DNA of 16,731 nucleotides from a virus (Duplodnaviria; Heunggongvirae; Uroviricota; Caudoviricetes): IMG/VR virus record IMGVR_UViG_2576861133_000011; one strand, 5' to 3'. Shown piece by piece: positions 7,375 to 15,117 of this stretch (position 1 is its first letter; each line of letters starts with the position of its first letter). The notes under the pieces were generated by a model. It saw only the letters and a program-made list of their open reading frames with translations, ran no database searches and was not told where the DNA came from. The position numbers and the translations under genes were made by a program.

Positions 7375-8304
7375 ATGGCAAACACTGCTGAGATATTCAA
7401 TTTTCCAGTGCCGGATGCGGCACAAAAGGAGCCGCGCGTGGCAGATCTCGATGATGGTTATACGCGCATTGCAAATGAGTTGCTGGAAGCTGTGATGCTG
7501 GCCGGATTAACACAGCACCAGCTTCTGGTCTTTCTGGCTGTCATGCGCAAAACATATGGCTTTAATAAAAAACTGGATTGGGTTAGCAACGAGCAACTTT
7601 CCGAATTAACCGGGATATTGCCGCACAAGTGTTCTGCTGCAAAAAGTGTTCTGGTAAAGCGTGGGATTTTTATTCAGAGCGGGCGGAATACCGGCATTAA
7701 TAATGTGGTCAGTGAATGGTCAACATTACCCGAATCAGGTAAGAAAAATAAAGTTTACCTGAAAGAGGTAAATTTACCTGAATCAGGTAAAAAAAGTTTA
7801 CCCAAATCAGGTAAAGGCGTTTACCCGAATCAGGTAAACACAAAAGACAAACTAACAAAAGACAATATAAAACCTTTTTCGTCCGAGAATTCTGGCGAAT
7901 CCTCTGACCAACCAGAAAACGATCTTCCTGTGGTGAAACCGGATGCTGCAATTCAGAGCGGCAGCAAGTGGGGGACAGCAGAAGACCTGACCGCCGCAGA
8001 GTGGATGTTTGACATGGTGAAGACCATCGCGCCATCAGCCAGAAAACCGAATTTTGCAGGGTGGGCTAACGATATCCGCCTGATGCGTGAACGTGACGGA
8101 CGTAACCACCGCGACATGTGCGTGCTGTTCCGCTGGGCATGCCAGGACAACTTCTGGTCCGGTAACGTGCTAAGTCCGGCCAAACTCCGCGACAAGTGGA
8201 CCCAACTCGAAATCAACCGTAACAAGCAACAGGCAGGCGTGACAGCTAGCAAACCAAAACTCGACCTGACAAACACAGACTGGATTTACGGGGTGGATCT
8301 ATGA
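7375..8304 (+). CDS. O: Replication initiator O-like protein, 309 aa from the internal Met
   Basis: From MANTAEIFNF...VADLDDGYTRIANELLEA...LAVMRKTYGFNK it parallels the recalled lambda O N-terminus. GGGAGG Shine-Dalgarno 4-5 nt before ATG 7375. Five iterons lie inside the gene and there is an ATGA overlap with P. The ORF-track start at 7285 is probably an over-extension. Confidence 0.85.
   Translation: MANTAEIFNFPVPDAAQKEPRVADLDDGYTRIANELLEAVMLAGLTQHQLLVFLAVMRKTYGFNKKLDWVSNEQLSELTGILPHKCSAAKSVLVKRGIFIQSGRNTGINNVVSEWSTLPESGKKNKVYLKEVNLPESGKKSLPKSGKGVYPNQVNTKDKLTKDNIKPFSSENSGESSDQPENDLPVVKPDAAIQSGSKWGTAEDLTAAEWMFDMVKTIAPSARKPNFAGWANDIRLMRERDGRNHRDMCVLFRWACQDNFWSGNVLSPAKLRDKWTQLEINRNKQQAGVTASKPKLDLTNTDWIYGVDL
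7726..7837 (+). repeat. Origin of replication iterons (5 x 17-bp TTACC-N7-GGTAA) inside the O gene
   Basis: TTACCCGAATCAGGTAA at 7726-7742 and 7821-7837, TTACCTGAAAGAGGTAA at 7755-7771, TTACCTGAATCAGGTAA at 7774-7790, TTACCCAAATCAGGTAA at 7798-7814, followed by an A-rich stretch. Same layout as ori-lambda. Confidence 0.85.
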
Positions 8305-9002
8305 AAAACATCGCCGCACAGATGATTAACTTTGACCGTGAGCAGATGCGTCGGATCGCCAACAACATGCCGGAACAGTACGACGAAAAGCCGCAGGTAC
8401 AGCAGGTAGCGCAGATAATCAACGGTGTATTCAGCCAGTTACTGGCAACTTTCCCGGCGAGCCTGGCTAATCGTGACCAGAACGAACTGAACGAAATCCG
8501 CCGCCAGTGGGTTCTGGCTTTCCGGGAAAACGGGATCACCACGATGGAGCAGGTGAGCGACGGAATGCGTGTTGCCCGTCGGCAGAATAGACCATTTCTG
8601 CCATCACCCGGGCAGTTTGTTGCATGGTGCCGGGAAGAAGCATCCGTTACCGCCGGGCTGCCAAACGTCAGCGAGCTGGTTGATATGGTTTACGAGTATT
8701 GCCGGAAGCGTGGTCTGTATCCGGATGCAGAGTCTTATCCGTGGAAATCAAACGCGCACTACTGGCTGGTTACCAACCTGTATCAGAACATGCGGGCCAA
8801 TGCGTTGACTGACGCGGAATTACGGCGCAAGGCTGCCGATGAACTGGCCTGTATGACCGCGCGAATTAACCGTGGTGAGGCTATACCTGAACCAGTAAAA
8901 CAACTTCCTGTCATGGGCGGTAGGCCTCTAAATCGTGCACAGGCTCTGGCGAAGATCGCAGAAATCAAAGCTAAGTTCGGGCTGAAAGGAGCGATGAAAT
9001 AG
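8301..9002 (+). CDS. P: Replication protein P (DnaB helicase loader), 233 aa
   Basis: Translation MKNIAAQMINFDREQMRRIANNMPEQYDEKPQVQQVAQIINGVFSQLLATFPASLANRDQNE... is recognised from memory as near-identical to lambda P. ATGA overlap with O. Confidence 0.95.
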   Translation: MKNIAAQMINFDREQMRRIANNMPEQYDEKPQVQQVAQIINGVFSQLLATFPASLANRDQNELNEIRRQWVLAFRENGITTMEQVSDGMRVARRQNRPFLPSPGQFVAWCREEASVTAGLPNVSELVDMVYEYCRKRGLYPDAESYPWKSNAHYWLVTNLYQNMRANALTDAELRRKAADELACMTARINRGEAIPEPVKQLPVMGGRPLNRAQALAKIAEIKAKFGLKGAMK

Positions 9003-9251
9003 AGCTAAAGTATTAGCTTAAAAATAAAGTATACCTAGCGAATATAATCTAGGACTAGTTGTAACGCCCGAAATGATTGATTGCGTGAGCAACAAAATTT
9101 TTCTTCCATTGTTGTGAAATCATTTAGCCATAAAGTTTATGCAGAGATTTTATTTTATTTTTGAGTTGATTTTTTTGTAACGAGCTGTATATTTCGCGCC
9201 TCTTGTCATACCAGTTATTTTTTTCATTATATTCATAACGTTGATTGAACT
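9003..9251 (+). promoter_or_regulatory. AT-rich intergenic region upstream of the adhesin gene, with a putative sigma70 promoter
   Basis: Very AT-rich with T-tracts. TTGATT (9166-9171) then 16 nt then TATATT (9188-9193) is a possible promoter. No strong Shine-Dalgarno before the adhesin ATG. Confidence 0.3.
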
Positions 9252-12200
9252 ATGACCACTGTGAATAAAAAGTTAAAAAAAACTGCATCTGGCGCGATTA
9301 CATGGTCGGTAATTGTTACCCAGATATTATCTCCAGTTTCTCTTTCTTTGATCCCAGCAAACAGTTTTGCATCATCTGGTAATAAAGATGTTACGCAAAT
9401 TTATGCCAGCGATGAGCATGCAAATAAAGTGGCCTCATTTGCAGCAAGTGCAGGTCAGAGCCTGGCGAATAATAATGCAAGTAGTTTTGCTGTAAATACT
9501 TTATCAACTCAGGCGACAAAAGAGGTCGTCGACTGGTTGCAACAATATGGCAATGCGCGCATCAAGCTTAATGTCGATGATTCTTTTTCCTTGAAGGATT
9601 CATCATTCGACTTTTTATATCCATGGCTGGATACTCAGGATTATGTGTTATTCAGTCAGACATCACTACATCGTACTGATGACCGAAATCAGACCAATAT
9701 TGGTTTGGGGATTCGTCATTTCACTCCTGATAACGCAATGTTGGGTGCGAATGTTTTCTATGATTACGATTTAAGTCGTAGTCACTCTCGTGCAGGTTTT
9801 GGGGTTGAGTACTGGAGGGATTATTTCAGGCTTGGTGTAAATACCTATTTTGGTCTATCTGACTGGAAGAACAGTCGTGATATTGATGATTATCTGGAAA
9901 GACCTGCAAATGGCTGGGATTTTTCTGCTGAAGGATGGCTACCTGCTTATCCGCAATTAGGGGCATCTATTCAGTTTGAAAAATATTATGGTAAAAATGT
10001 CGGGTTATTTGGAAGCGATAACCTGCAGGAAAACCCTTACGCAGTTACTGGGGGAATTTCTTATACACCAGTTCCTCTGATTAAGTTTTCTGCACAGCAT
10101 AAGCAAGGACAGAGCAACACTCACGATACAACCTTTGGTGTTGAGTTTAATTATCGCCCGGGCGTTTCCTTGGCTGAACAGCTTAGCAGCGATAATGTTG
10201 CAGTTATGCGAGAAGTCCAGAACCGGCGTTATGATTTTGTTGAACGAAATAACAACATTGTTCTGGAGTACAAGAAGAAGCATGCACTGAAAATCAGTTT
10301 GCCAGAGTCTGTTCAGGGGGAGGGGGAATCAATCATCCCTGTAACACTGACAATCAACAATGCTAGTGGTGGTATCAAGTCTGTACAGTGGAATGATAGT
10401 GCATTCACTGCGGCTGGCGGCAAGATCAGTGGAAATGGCACATCATGGCAGATCACTTTACCGGCTTATAAAAGCGAAGGTGTAAATTCGTGGAATGTTG
10501 GAGCCACAGTACAGGATAACAGAGGCAACGTTTCCAACTATGCCGTGATGAATATTAGCGTTACTGATAGTGGTGTCTCGACGGCTGATTCGTCTTTTAC
10601 ACTGGATGGAGATTCGTCGCCGACAATCTCTGCTGATAGCCAATCCACTTATCCGATAGTATTAAGCCTGAAAGATAGTAACGGTAAGGCATTAACCGGA
10701 CTGGCTGATGACATTGAAATGTCAGTGGAATTTACAGCAGATAGCAATAGTGCTCGACAGCGTGAAACGGTAACTGCTCCGTCATTAGGCGCGGTAGAGG
10801 AAATCTCTGCTGGGGTATATCGCTCTGTTCTGACTGCTGGTTCGCAGGCTGGTACGGTACGTGTAACTGCAAAAGTTCAGGGAAAAACCTTTACTCTGAA
10901 TATTAAGCAGGCAGCCATTACTGATAGTGATGTATCGACAGCTGATTCGTCTTTTACACTGGATGGAGATTCGTCGCCGACGATCTCTGCTGATAGCCAA
11001 TCCACTTATCCGATAGTATTAAGCCTGAAAGATAGTAACGGTAAGGCATTAACCGGACTGGCTGATGACATAACTGATAGTGATGTATCGACAGCTGATT
11101 CGTCTTTTACACTGGATGGAGATTCGTCGCCGACGATCTCTGCTGATAGCCAATCCACTTATCCGATAGTATTAAGCCTGAAAGATAGTAACGGTAAGGC
11201 ATTAACCGGACTGGCTGATGACATTGAAATGTCAGTGGAATTTACAGCAGATAGCAATAGTGCTCGACAGCGTGAAACGGTAACTGCTCCGTCATTAGGC
11301 GCGGTAGAGGAAATCTCTGCTGGTGTATATCGCTCTGTTCTGGCTGCTGGTTCGCAGGCTGGTACGGTACGTGTAACTGCAAAAGTTCAGGGAAAAACCT
11401 TTACTCTGAATATTAAGCAGGCAGCCATTACTGATAGTGATGTATCGACAGCTGATTCGTCTTTTACACTGGATGGAGATTCGTCGCCGACGATCTCTGC
11501 TGATAGCCAATCCACTTATCCGATAGTATTAAGCCTGAAAGATAGTAACGGTAAGGCATTAACCGGACTGGCTGATGACATTGAAATGTCAGTGGAATTT
11601 ACAGCAGATAGCAATAGTGCTCGACAGCGTGAAACGGTAACTGCTCCGTCATTAGGCGCGGTAGAGGAAATCTCTGCTGGAACTGATAGTGATGTATCGA
11701 CAGCTGATTCGTCTTTTACACTGGATGGAGATTCGTCGCCGACGATCTCTGCTGATAGCCAATCCACTTATCCGATAGTATTAAGCCTGAAAGATAGTAA
11801 CGGTAAGGCATTAACCGGACTGGCTGATGACATTGAAATGTCAGTGGAATTTACAGCAGATAGCAATAGTGCTCGACAGCGTGAAACGGTAACTGCTCCG
11901 TCATTAGGCGCGGTAGAGGAAATCTCTGCTGGGGTATATCGCTCTGTTCTGGCTGCTGGTTCGCAGGCTGGTACGGTACGTGTAACTGCAAAAGTTCAGG
12001 GAAAAACATTTACTCTCAGTATTAAGCAAACAGCAACAACAGAACCTGATTCTGAGGTCAGTGCTGTTTTAACCGCTGCACCAGCAGAACAGGTAGTTGG
12101 TTACAATATCAATCTACAACTGGCAGTGAAGGATTCACAAGGAAATGCAATCACTGGTGATAACACTCTGAGCTTTTATGCTCTTAACCAGGCAGAAGGA

Positions 12201-13922
12201 GTCGAGTTTGGGACTGTAACGGAAAAAGACGGTGTCTATAGCGCGACAGTAACTTCAAAACGAGCTGGTAAGATTACTATCGGTGTTAAATCTGATAGTC
12301 ATGATTTCTCAGGTGTTAAGAAAGAAATCACCTTTATTGAGGACCGGCAGCAGGTTACATTCTCTCAGTTTGAAGCCAGCCAAAATAATGCATTGGCTGA
12401 TGGAAAACAGAGAAATATGGTAACTGTAAGCCTTGCGGACCGTTTCGGCAATGTTGTTCCTGGTTATGCTGTCACATTGTCTTTACCAGCAGGGATAACT
12501 CAAGTTGGTGGTGAACATGCTGTTTCAACTGACGAAAATGGTAATGCTATTTTTGCGTTAATAAGCTCCACTCCGGGGTCTTACGTGATTACAGCTCATG
12601 CTGGTTCTCAGATGTCTACTGAGTTAACAGTGACCTTTGCATCAAATATGACCGGAGCTTCACTGTCACTGACGCCTGAAAGCAGTAGTTTAATTTCCAA
12701 TATTCCTGCTAATGGTAAGGATGCAGCGGTATTAGATGTGCAGCTGACAAATACGAATGCGTCGGTCAATGGGCAAAAGATTCAGCTCATCACCTCATCT
12801 GAAGGATTATCTGTACCAACAAATATCGTGACTGATTCAACAGGGCATGTTTCTGTTCCGCTTACAACGGTGAAAGCTGGTGAGTACACGGTGACTGCAC
12901 GGGTGACTGACGGTTCCCATAGCGTGGAATCTGGCAGCGTTAAGTTAACTTTTGTGCCCGATGTTGCTTCTGCAGAACTGAATATGAGTGTATCAAAACA
13001 GGAGATTGTGGCCGATGGCAGTGAAAACGCAACAGTAAACATTCAGTTGGTTGATGCGAATAACAATGCGTTTACAGGCGAGGTGGATTTAACGATTACA
13101 CCATCGACGGGAGCATCATTGACCAGTAGTAATCTGCAACTGGATGCTCATGGACAGGCAACAACGCAGTTCACTGCATCGAAATCAGGCCAGTACACAA
13201 TTCAGGCCGAGTATGTTCTGGATGGGAAACGCATAACCGCAAGCCAGAATATTGATGCCGTGACGGATGTGAAGGGGGCTGTGTTGGAGATCACATCATC
13301 TGCATCTTCGGCTGTAGTGAGCGATACCAACAATCTGGTATTTACGTTACTGTTGAAAAGTAAGTCAGGCGAAGCATTAAGTGGTCGAGCATTGAATGTT
13401 AAGACATCTGGGCCGTCTAAATATGGTGCGTTGGTGGTTGATAAAACCACAGTAACGACTGATGAGAACGGTCAGGCTACGGTAAGCGTACATGGTCGAA
13501 CGGTTGGTTCGTATAAATTAACGGCGACCTTAAACGAACTTGGCAGTGATGTTAGCGCGGTGAAATCATTCTCCCTGTACGCTGATGACGCAAATGGAGT
13601 ATTGACTCTAACAAAAGATCCTGGTTATGAGACAAACGATGGATCTCCAGTAGGTATTTATGCTCGATTTGTCGATCATTTTGGAAACCCATTATCTGGT
13701 ACGGTTGAGTTTTCTGCTGGTAGTGAAGATAGTCCAGACTCTCAACGGGTCAAAATGGAGCCTGCTACAGTAACGTTACACTGGACAGGTAATGCAGCTT
13801 CGGAATTCAGCACCTATGAAAGTGGTTATCACTGGATTAAGGCCAAAATAACGAATAGCAAAAATACATATGAGAAAACAATAAGGACTTATGTTGTAAA
13901 ACTACCTGAAAAGGATAGTTAA
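9252..13922 (+). CDS. Giant inverse-autotransporter adhesin (intimin/invasin family) with multiple bacterial Ig-like repeats, 1556 aa
   Basis: Long N-terminal signal-like segment (KKLKK, hydrophobic core, ANSFA). Residues about 95-345 (...DFLYPWLDTQDYVLFSQTSLHRTDDRNQTNIGLGIRHF...GWDFSAEGWLPAYPQLGASIQFEKYYG...) resemble the inverse-autotransporter beta-barrel of intimin/invasin. The rest is repeated roughly 100-120-aa Ig-like units. The gene looks more AT-rich than the phage genes, by eye. Confidence 0.85.
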   Translation: MTTVNKKLKKTASGAITWSVIVTQILSPVSLSLIPANSFASSGNKDVTQIYASDEHANKVASFAASAGQSLANNNASSFAVNTLSTQATKEVVDWLQQYGNARIKLNVDDSFSLKDSSFDFLYPWLDTQDYVLFSQTSLHRTDDRNQTNIGLGIRHFTPDNAMLGANVFYDYDLSRSHSRAGFGVEYWRDYFRLGVNTYFGLSDWKNSRDIDDYLERPANGWDFSAEGWLPAYPQLGASIQFEKYYGKNVGLFGSDNLQENPYAVTGGISYTPVPLIKFSAQHKQGQSNTHDTTFGVEFNYRPGVSLAEQLSSDNVAVMREVQNRRYDFVERNNNIVLEYKKKHALKISLPESVQGEGESIIPVTLTINNASGGIKSVQWNDSAFTAAGGKISGNGTSWQITLPAYKSEGVNSWNVGATVQDNRGNVSNYAVMNISVTDSGVSTADSSFTLDGDSSPTISADSQSTYPIVLSLKDSNGKALTGLADDIEMSVEFTADSNSARQRETVTAPSLGAVEEISAGVYRSVLTAGSQAGTVRVTAKVQGKTFTLNIKQAAITDSDVSTADSSFTLDGDSSPTISADSQSTYPIVLSLKDSNGKALTGLADDITDSDVSTADSSFTLDGDSSPTISADSQSTYPIVLSLKDSNGKALTGLADDIEMSVEFTADSNSARQRETVTAPSLGAVEEISAGVYRSVLAAGSQAGTVRVTAKVQGKTFTLNIKQAAITDSDVSTADSSFTLDGDSSPTISADSQSTYPIVLSLKDSNGKALTGLADDIEMSVEFTADSNSARQRETVTAPSLGAVEEISAGTDSDVSTADSSFTLDGDSSPTISADSQSTYPIVLSLKDSNGKALTGLADDIEMSVEFTADSNSARQRETVTAPSLGAVEEISAGVYRSVLAAGSQAGTVRVTAKVQGKTFTLSIKQTATTEPDSEVSAVLTAAPAEQVVGYNINLQLAVKDSQGNAITGDNTLSFYALNQAEGVEFGTVTEKDGVYSATVTSKRAGKITIGVKSDSHDFSGVKKEITFIEDRQQVTFSQFEASQNNALADGKQRNMVTVSLADRFGNVVPGYAVTLSLPAGITQVGGEHAVSTDENGNAIFALISSTPGSYVITAHAGSQMSTELTVTFASNMTGASLSLTPESSSLISNIPANGKDAAVLDVQLTNTNASVNGQKIQLITSSEGLSVPTNIVTDSTGHVSVPLTTVKAGEYTVTARVTDGSHSVESGSVKLTFVPDVASAELNMSVSKQEIVADGSENATVNIQLVDANNNAFTGEVDLTITPSTGASLTSSNLQLDAHGQATTQFTASKSGQYTIQAEYVLDGKRITASQNIDAVTDVKGAVLEITSSASSAVVSDTNNLVFTLLLKSKSGEALSGRALNVKTSGPSKYGALVVDKTTVTTDENGQATVSVHGRTVGSYKLTATLNELGSDVSAVKSFSLYADDANGVLTLTKDPGYETNDGSPVGIYARFVDHFGNPLSGTVEFSAGSEDSPDSQRVKMEPATVTLHWTGNAASEFSTYESGYHWIKAKITNSKNTYEKTIRTYVVKLPEKDS
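10563..12038 (+). repeat. Near-identical tandem repeat array inside the adhesin gene (357-bp unit; three full and two truncated in-frame copies)
   Basis: Units start with ACTGATAGTG at 10563, 10920, 11073, 11430 and 11682. Lengths are 357, 153, 357, 252 and about 357 bp, each a multiple of 3. Boundaries are by eye. Confidence 0.85.
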
Positions 13923-13933
13923 CAAAATTGAAT

Positions 13934-13960
13934 GGGGAGGGCTTAGCCCTCCCTCTTTTT
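13934..13960 (+). terminator. Rho-independent terminator of the adhesin gene
   Basis: GGGAGGGC (13935-13942), loop TTA, GCCCTCCC (13946-13953), then TCTTTTT, 12 nt after the stop codon. Confidence 0.8.
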
Positions 13961-13982
13961 ACAGGTTAGCGTTTGGGTTTTG

Positions 13983-14228
13983 GTAAGCGTAAACTGACCG
14001 CCGTATGTAGCCATCAGACGAGAATTGGTAACTTAGACGCCCATCTGATATAGACGGACATCTAAGTATGGAATTACAGGACTGGCGAAAAGAACCTCGT
14101 AAAAACTATTCGAATGAATTCAAACTTCGTATGGTGGAACTGGCATCACAACCTGGAGCTTGTGTTGCACAGATTGCACGTGAAAATGGCGTCAATGATA
14201 ATGTTATTTTCAAATGGCTCAGGCTCTG
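13983..14228 (+). mobile_element. 246-bp fragment of an IS66-family element (left end plus 5' part of tnpA)
   Basis: Begins with GTAAGCG, which I recall as the typical IS66-family terminus. 13983-14228 is identical to 14230-14475 (offset 247). Confidence 0.75.
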
Positions 14229-14229
14229 A
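14068..14229 (+). pseudogene. Truncated tnpA copy (53 codons then stop) inside the IS fragment
   Basis: Same reading frame and sequence as the first 53 codons of tnpA at 14315. Reads ...KWLRL then TGA at the duplication junction. Confidence 0.7.
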
Positions 14230-14314
14230 GTAAGCGTAAACTGACCGCCGTATGTAGCCATCAGACGAGAATTGGTAACTTAGACGCCCATCTGATATAG
14301 ACGGACATCTAAGT

Positions 14315-14740
14315 ATGGAATTACAGGACTGGCGAAAAGAACCTCGTAAAAACTATTCGAATGAATTCAAACTTCGTATGGTGGAACTGGCATCACAACC
14401 TGGAGCTTGTGTTGCACAGATTGCACGTGAAAATGGCGTCAATGATAATGTTATTTTCAAATGGCTCAGGCTCTGGCAGAACGAAGGGCGTGTTTCGCGG
14501 CGTCTTCCGGTAACGACCTCTTCTGACACTGGCGTTGAATTATTACCTGTAGAAATAACGCCGGATGAGCAGAAAGAACCTGTGGCGGCCATTGCGCCGT
14601 CTTTATCCACTTCCACTCAGACCAGAGTCAGTGCCAGTTCCTGCAAGGTGGAATTCCGTCACGGTAACATGACGCTGGAAAATCCATCGCCAGAGCTGCT
14701 CACAGTGTTGATCCGTGAACTGACCGGGAGGGGAAGATGA
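14315..14740 (+). CDS. tnpA: IS66-family accessory protein TnpA (orf1), 141 aa
   Basis: First ORF of the IS. Its N-terminal half (ELASQPGACVAQIARENGVNDNVIFKWLRLW) is HTH-like. Confidence 0.8.
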   Translation: MELQDWRKEPRKNYSNEFKLRMVELASQPGACVAQIARENGVNDNVIFKWLRLWQNEGRVSRRLPVTTSSDTGVELLPVEITPDEQKEPVAAIAPSLSTSTQTRVSASSCKVEFRHGNMTLENPSPELLTVLIRELTGRGR

Positions 14741-15087
14741 TCTCACTCCCATCAGGTACCCGTATCTGGCTCGTTGCCGGCGTTACCGATATGCGTAAAT
14801 CCTTCAACGGACTGGGAGAACAGGTACAACATGTGCTGAATGATAATCCCTTCTCCGGTCACCTGTTTATCTTCCGTGGCCGACGGGGTGACACCGTCAA
14901 AATTCTTTGGGCTGATGCTGATGGTCTGTGCCTGTTCACCAAACGCCTGGAGGAAGGCCAGTTTATCTGGCCTGCGGTACGTGACGGCAAGGTATCCATT
15001 ACCCGCTCGCAACTGGCAATGCTCCTCGATAAGCTGGACTGGCGTCAGCCAAAAACATCCAGCCGTAACTCACTGACAATGTTGTAA
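14737..15087 (+). CDS. tnpB: IS66-family Orf2 protein TnpB, 116 aa
   Basis: Second ORF, ATGA-coupled to tnpA. Size and position typical of IS66 Orf2. Confidence 0.8.
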   Translation: MISLPSGTRIWLVAGVTDMRKSFNGLGEQVQHVLNDNPFSGHLFIFRGRRGDTVKILWADADGLCLFTKRLEEGQFIWPAVRDGKVSITRSQLAMLLDKLDWRQPKTSSRNSLTML

Positions 15088-15117
15088 AAAACTCCTGACC
15101 GCATTATAAAAACGGTC

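Noticed and set aside
7726-7837. Iterons as a possible CRISPR-like or transposon-end repeat
   Set aside because: 17-bp imperfect palindromes with short irregular spacing inside the O gene match ori-lambda architecture.
7061-8968. Minus-strand and alternative-frame ORFs across the cII-like, O and P genes (7061..7357, 7081..7272, 7709..8035, 7953..8276, 8246..8542, 8569..8808, 8783..8968)
   Set aside because: Shadow ORFs within well-supported plus-strand genes.
9003-9030. AT-rich hairpin AGCTAA-agta-TTAGCT just after the P stop as a terminator
   Set aside because: Weak 6-bp AT stem with no downstream T-run.
10563-12038. Possible CRISPR array suggested by regularly spaced repeats
   Set aside because: The repeat unit is 357 bp, in frame and coding, with no short repeat/spacer alternation and no cas genes.
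10005-13450. Minus-strand ORFs inside the adhesin gene, including two identical 71-aa ORFs at 10785..11000 and 11295..11510
   Set aside because: The identical pair is a by-product of the 357-bp tandem repeats (510-bp offset). All are antisense to the long adhesin ORF.
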